Of a stretch of 45,620 nucleotides of DNA, positions 41,493 through 45,620 are shown piece by piece. The stretch comes from an uncultured Candidatus Saccharibacteria bacterium (lineage in GTDB: Bacteria > Patescibacteriota > JACPGU01 > CAZICA01). The DNA is taken from positions 1-45,620 of the forward strand of contig CAZICA010000002.1 of assembly GCA_964537705.1 (NCBI GenBank), read 5' to 3'. Both the position numbers and the translations under genes were made by a program. How positions within the stretch are numbered: the stretch's first letter is position 1; each line of letters begins with the position of its first letter. The notes below the pieces were generated by a model that did not search any database, was not told the origin of the DNA, and worked only from the letters and a program-made list of their open reading frames with translations.

Positions 41493-42796
41493 TTTGATTT
41501 TTCTATTAATTTAGCAAAACAGGTTCCTATAGAAATTTTTAAAAACGTTTTTGTAATTATCATCGAGCATAGCAAAGATACTAAAATTCCTAAACCCAAA
41601 GTTAGAGCAAATCCTTTGATTAAACTGGCGCCAAATTTCCATAGGATGAGACAAGTAATTAGACTAGAAATACTTCCGTCTCGAATAGAATTCCAAGCAT
41701 TTGTAAAACCAGATTCTATTGCTGAAGCAAGACTTTTTCCCCTTTTTAATTCTTCTCTTATTCTTTCAAAAATTAAAATATTAGCATCAACAGCCATTCC
41801 AATCGAAAGAATAAATCCCCCTATTCCTGCAAGAGTTAAAGTTACAGGAATTAATTTGAACAAAGCTAAGACTATCAAAGCATAAATTAATAAGACAACA
41901 TCTGCAACAAATCCTAAAAATCTAAAATACCCAATCATAAAAATTGCCACTAACAGCAACCCAATCAATCCTGCGATTAAACTTTTTTGAACTGATTCCT
42001 TTCCTAAGCTTGGTCCTATATTTCTTTGCTCTATTAATTTAATTGGAACTGGCAAAGCTCCTGCATTAAGTTGAATCTCTAATTTTTTGGCTTGATCAAG
42101 CGAAAAATCACCTGTTATTACTCCCTTCCCTTCGGTAATTGCTGTTTGAACTGTAGGAGCAGAAAGAATTTTTTTATCTAAAAATATTGCTAAAGGCTTC
42201 CCTATATTTCTTGAGGTTACTTCTTTAAATATATCCCCTCCTTTTTTATCAAATTCTATTGCTATTTCTGGTTTTTGAGTGCTTGGATTTATGATAACTG
42301 TAGCTTTTTTAAAATTTGCTCCTGTCAGGCCAATATCTTTCCAATCATCATAATTAAACGATATTATATTGTTATTTTTATCGATAGATTTATCTAAAAT
42401 AGCTTCCCTAAATTCTAATTGAGCTGTTTGCCCAATTAGTTCTATTGCTTTGTCAACATCTTTGATTCCTGGAAGTTCTACTATTAATCCCTTTTTAGAA
42501 ACAACTTGAATAACAGGTTCGGCTACTCCTAAGGCATCGATTCTTCGAGAAATTACCATTTTTACTCCTTCTAAAGCAGAATTTATTTCTGAAGGAGAAA
42601 TTTTTGATAGATCGGCTTCGAAAAAGAGATGGGTTCCTCCTTGAAGATCAAGTCCTTGATGGAGTTTTAATTCTTTATAAAATCTTTTTCCAAATAAAGT
42701 AAAATCAATATCAGGACCTTTTGGCCAATCTATCAGTCCAGCAAGAATCACTCCTAATAAAATAAGAAAAATTGTAATCCAAAGGTTTTTTCTCAT
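41489..42796 (-). CDS. secD: protein translocase subunit SecD
   Basis: GLDLQGGTHL motif, a periplasmic domain and a C-terminal six-TM pattern. The likely start is ATG 42796 (MRKNLWITIFLILL), not the TTG at 42850 used by the track. Confidence 0.85.
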   Translation of the reverse strand: MRKNLWITIFLILLGVILAGLIDWPKGPDIDFTLFGKRFYKELKLHQGLDLQGGTHLFFEADLSKISPSEINSALEGVKMVISRRIDALGVAEPVIQVVSKKGLIVELPGIKDVDKAIELIGQTAQLEFREAILDKSIDKNNNIISFNYDDWKDIGLTGANFKKATVIINPSTQKPEIAIEFDKKGGDIFKEVTSRNIGKPLAIFLDKKILSAPTVQTAITEGKGVITGDFSLDQAKKLEIQLNAGALPVPIKLIEQRNIGPSLGKESVQKSLIAGLIGLLLVAIFMIGYFRFLGFVADVVLLIYALIVLALFKLIPVTLTLAGIGGFILSIGMAVDANILIFERIREELKRGKSLASAIESGFTNAWNSIRDGSISSLITCLILWKFGASLIKGFALTLGLGILVSLLCSMIITKTFLKISIGTCFAKLIEKSK

Positions 42797-42851
42797 GACG
42801 TTTTTTCTAAAATTTTTCTTTATTATAATACAATTTAACCAAGGAAACAAG

Positions 42852-43748
42852 TTAAAAATAAATTCTTTTTAAACCAGCTTTTTTAGCAAATTCAAGAGCT
42901 TTTATAAATTCTTTTTCAGTAATAGGCCTTCTTAAATTTGGATCCTCAAAAGCTTTATAATAAGGTCTGTATTGAGCCATTAAATTAACAAAAGTATTTT
43001 TCGAAATCTTTTTGGCAATAAAATTCATAATTTCTTTAGTTCCCGCTAGATTATTTGGAAGTACTAAATGACGAATTAAAAGCCCTTTTACTGCTAGATG
43101 ATTTTCTATTATAAGATCTCCGACTTGGCGATACATTTCTAAAATTGCCTTTTTAGCTACTTGAGGATAATCAGAGGCAAGAGAATACTTTTTAGCTATT
43201 TTAGGATCAGCATATTTGAAATCTGGTAAATAGATATCAATGATTCCATCTAATAATTTTAAAACTTCAACAGAATCATAAGCATTTGTGTTATAAACCA
43301 AAGGCAATTTAAGACCTTTATCTATAGCAAAAGAAAGAGCTTCTAGAATAAATGGCACATGAGGCGTTGGGGTGACTAAATTTATATTATGAACCCCTTC
43401 AGATTGAAGATCAAGCATAATTTCTGCCAAAGATTTGCTATCCAACTTTTTTCCTAAACCTAATTGAGAGATATCAAAATTCTGACAATAATTACAAGCT
43501 AAATTACAATGAGTGAAAAATATAGTTCCTGAACCATTTTTACCTACAAGAACTTTTTCTTCTCCAAAATGAGGAAAATAAGAAGAGACTACTGCCCTAT
43601 TCCCTACTCTACAAAAGCCAAGTTCTCCTTTAAGCCGATTTATACCACAATTTCGAGGACAAATCTCGCATTTTTCCATCAGTTTGTAAAGCTTTTTTAT
43701 TCTTTTTCTTAGCTGATCTTTTTTTAATTTTAAATAGGATGGAGACAT
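42852..43748 (-). CDS. radical SAM protein, PflX-like (pyruvate formate-lyase-activase-related) family
   Basis: CEICPRNCG.NR..G..G.C precedes the CNLACNYC (CxxxCxxC) motif. Confidence 0.75.
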   Translation of the reverse strand: MSPSYLKLKKDQLRKRIKKLYKLMEKCEICPRNCGINRLKGELGFCRVGNRAVVSSYFPHFGEEKVLVGKNGSGTIFFTHCNLACNYCQNFDISQLGLGKKLDSKSLAEIMLDLQSEGVHNINLVTPTPHVPFILEALSFAIDKGLKLPLVYNTNAYDSVEVLKLLDGIIDIYLPDFKYADPKIAKKYSLASDYPQVAKKAILEMYRQVGDLIIENHLAVKGLLIRHLVLPNNLAGTKEIMNFIAKKISKNTFVNLMAQYRPYYKAFEDPNLRRPITEKEFIKALEFAKKAGLKRIYF

Positions 43749-44371
43749 TTTAAGATCTTTTTTAAATCAGCCGGTAAAGGAGCGCGAAAAACCATGTTTA
43801 AGATTTTTATTTCTTTTGCATGTAAAAATTGTCGATAAAGATCTAATTTTGTACTGATCTTTTTAGAAATTTTACTATTATAGAGCGGATCTCCAATTAT
43901 AGGATTTCCCCAAGCTTTTAGATGAACCCTTATCTGGTGAGTTCGACCTGTGATTGGTTTAGCTTCAATAAGAGATAAAATTTCATCGTCAATTTTAAAT
44001 AATTTAAGAGTCTTATAACTTGTTATTGCATTTCTACCTGTTCCTGAAGGACCAATTGTTCTTTTTCTAGGATCTTTTTTAGATCGGATTATCGGAAGAT
44101 CTATAGTTCCTGATTTTGGTTTTATTTCTCCTAAAATCAAAGCTAAATAATTTTTTTCTACTTTTCTTTCTTTAAATTGTTTTTGAAGTAGGTCTTTTGT
44201 TTTTTTATTTTTTGCAAGAATTAAAACGCCTGAAGTGTCTTTATCTAATCTATGAACTAGCTCAAATTGTTGGTTTCTTAATTTTTTAAATTCTTCAGTT
44301 TTTATTCCAGCTGGTTTATTGATTACCAAAATATTTTTGTCTTCGTAAATAGATTTTATTTGTTCATTCAT
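43730..44371 (-). CDS. RluA-family pseudouridine synthase (no S4 domain)
   Basis: HRLDKDTSGVLILAK catalytic motif and the GRTHQIR motif. On the minus strand, TATAAT lies 6 nt upstream of the ATG with no SD. Confidence 0.85.
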   Translation of the reverse strand: MNEQIKSIYEDKNILVINKPAGIKTEEFKKLRNQQFELVHRLDKDTSGVLILAKNKKTKDLLQKQFKERKVEKNYLALILGEIKPKSGTIDLPIIRSKKDPRKRTIGPSGTGRNAITSYKTLKLFKIDDEILSLIEAKPITGRTHQIRVHLKAWGNPIIGDPLYNSKISKKISTKLDLYRQFLHAKEIKILNMVFRAPLPADLKKILKCLHPI

Positions 44372-44389
44372 GATTCTATTATAACCTCA

Positions 44390-44425
44390 AATTTTAAAAT
44401 AAAAAAGGAGTCAAATGACTCCTTT
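44390..44425 (-). terminator. rho-independent terminator (minus strand) overlapping the stop of the upstream gene
   Basis: A 9-bp stem AAAGGAGTC (44404-44412) pairs with GACTCCTTT (44417-44425). On the minus strand it is followed by TTTTTTATTTT. Confidence 0.7.
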
Positions 44426-45241
44426 GATACCTTTCTCTTTTATTTTTACTATTAGAAAATTAAAAAACAGATAAGGTCCTGCCATGAATAAAATAGTTCC
44501 TAGTAAATATCCTACAAAAATTCCTGCTTGATGTTTTTCTTTCTCCTCCCCTATTGCTAATTTTCTTCCTATATAAGCAAAAGAGTCAGTAATTTGTTGG
44601 AAATAAGGCTTGGCTTGCTCAAACGATTCGATAGGAGTTTCCATAGAGAATTGATAGAATGCGTAACGATTTTCAGGTAAAAAGTACATAAATGCTCGAG
44701 AAATATATTGAGATACTCCTTTTTTATTTTCTGGTTTCATTTTTCCAACAATAACAAATTCAACTCCATCTCCTTTATATTGCCAGGAACTTTTTTCTAA
44801 TACAAAATCTTTATTTTTTATAAGCGCCTTAAATTCTTTACCTTCAATAAGCCCATTTAAGAATCCGTTAATGAATTCCTCACTTTCGTAAATTCCTTCA
44901 AATCCTTCTACAAATGGAAGGTGTGTTAATGTGACAATAAAGGTTCTTTCAGGAGATTGGAGAATTGTTTCGGTTCCCCTTCTGGTTAGTAGCCATCCTT
45001 TTGGAATTTCAATAACAAAAAAATGTTGAGGATCTAGATAAGTAGATTCTGTGATTTCAGGAACTTCTGCTGGAAGAAGATAAGGAAAATCTTTAATGCA
45101 ATATCGAAAAAAATTAATAGCCCAAATAAAGAAAGCAAAAATCAGCCAGGGCCATTTAATTCTTTTAAAATTTCTTCGAGAATGAACAATTATAATATAA
45201 AATCCTATTCCTAGAGAGGCTAGAAAACCTAGCAAAATCAT
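44411..45241 (-). CDS. hypothetical membrane protein (two N-terminal TM helices, one C-terminal)
   Basis: AGGAGGTGAA Shine-Dalgarno lies inside the end of the upstream ORF. There is an ATGA start/stop overlap. No family recognised. Confidence 0.6.
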   Translation of the reverse strand: MILLGFLASLGIGFYIIIVHSRRNFKRIKWPWLIFAFFIWAINFFRYCIKDFPYLLPAEVPEITESTYLDPQHFFVIEIPKGWLLTRRGTETILQSPERTFIVTLTHLPFVEGFEGIYESEEFINGFLNGLIEGKEFKALIKNKDFVLEKSSWQYKGDGVEFVIVGKMKPENKKGVSQYISRAFMYFLPENRYAFYQFSMETPIESFEQAKPYFQQITDSFAYIGRKLAIGEEKEKHQAGIFVGYLLGTILFMAGPYLFFNFLIVKIKEKGIKGVI

Positions 45242-45453
45242 TTCTTTTCACCTCCTAATATTTTCTTCCATTTCTTTTTTTCATTTTCAGAGAGTTTTAA
45301 TTGATCTGTTATTAAATTAAACAGCTTGTTCACAAATTTTTTCTGTTGCTCAACTGGACTCAATCTTTCTAGAATATCATTTATCAGTTCTTTCATTCCT
45401 TCTTTTATCTTCTCTAGTTCCTTATCAATATTAATCTCAATCTCAATTTTCAT
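45238..45453 (-). CDS. small coiled-coil protein, 71 aa
   Basis: AAGGAGGTGAT Shine-Dalgarno 6 nt upstream of the ATG. The gene is translationally coupled to the downstream gene. Confidence 0.55.
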   Translation of the reverse strand: MKIEIEINIDKELEKIKEGMKELINDILERLSPVEQQKKFVNKLFNLITDQLKLSENEKKKWKKILGGEKK

Positions 45454-45499
45454 TTTCTTATCACCTCCTTTTTAGAAAAGTCCATTAAATTACTTCATC

Positions 45500-45528
45500 A
45501 ATTAGTCCAAATTCCTTTGCTTTGTCAA
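45500..45528 (-). promoter_or_regulatory. candidate promoter (minus strand)
   Basis: On the minus strand: TTGACA (45528-45523), a 17-nt spacer, then CTAATT (45505-45500), which is a weak -10. Confidence 0.35.
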
Positions 45529-45620
45529 TACTTCTTAAAGCAATTTTTGATCTTTTTAATTGTTAATGTCCTAAAACATTTTATTATATCAAATTTAATT
45601 CAAATAAAAAAGGCCTTTAT

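Noticed and set aside
41020-41885. Plus-strand ORFs 41020-41361 and 41616-41885
   Set aside because: They are antisense to secF and secD.
42797-42850. 18-codon N-terminal extension of SecD (TTG start at 42850)
   Set aside because: It begins 1 nt after the upstream gene's stop, uses a TTG without an SD, and adds a non-signal-like sequence. ATG 42796 gives the typical SecD N-terminus MRKNLW plus a TM segment.
1-45620. CRISPR arrays, rRNA genes, IS elements or integrases, and alternative genetic code (UGA recoding)
   Set aside because: I saw no regularly spaced direct repeats, no rRNA-like conserved stretches and no transposase or integrase motifs. Purine-rich AAG/GAA runs are simply Lys/Glu-rich coding sequence. 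All long ORFs close on TGA, TAA or TAG and none needs read-through, so code 11 fits.

Overview
This is an AT-rich, densely coding bacterial chromosomal segment. Hand counts of several 60-nt lines give about 25-30% GC over most of the window. The standard genetic code applies: TGA, TAA and TAG all act as stops and no ORF needs recoding. I support about 48 protein-coding genes, including four sub-60-aa ORFs missing from the track, and 2 tRNAs (Ala-CGC and Leu-CAA). I found no rRNA, CRISPR array, transposase or integrase. The gene content suggests a reduced-genome, CPR/Patescibacteria-like organism, which is inference only: a fused ADP-forming acetyl-CoA synthetase, a SIS-type PGI/PMI, a TreT-type trehalose synthase, a sortase, many Lys/Glu-rich orphan proteins and trimmed repair proteins. 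Housekeeping blocks are glycolysis/salvage genes (pgi/pmi, gpmI, deoC, acd) on the minus strand, a uvrB-uvrA-uvrC cluster, secD-secF, pcm and an RluA-family synthase. The observations most worth a second look are listed below.
1. A terminator-bounded three-gene operon encodes a CYTH-like protein, an HD hydrolase and a uridine-kinase/CYTH/UPRT triple fusion.
2. A Ku homologue carries extra CxxC zinc-ribbon pairs and is split into two ORFs by a frame change, with no LigD in view.
3. All three Uvr proteins are domain-minimised, including co-loss of the UVR interaction motifs.
4. A sigma-region-4/HARE-HTH protein is translationally coupled to a membrane-anchored VirD4/FtsK-like ATPase, followed by cell-wall-active genes.
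5. A TetR gene with a perfect 24-bp palindromic operator sits next to an orphan radical SAM/SPASM enzyme.
6. The left edge is a GC-richer island of orphan genes.
7. Translation signals fall into two classes: leaderless genes and genes with a full AAGGAGGTGA Shine-Dalgarno.
All functional calls rest on my recognition of motifs in the supplied translations. No database search was run.
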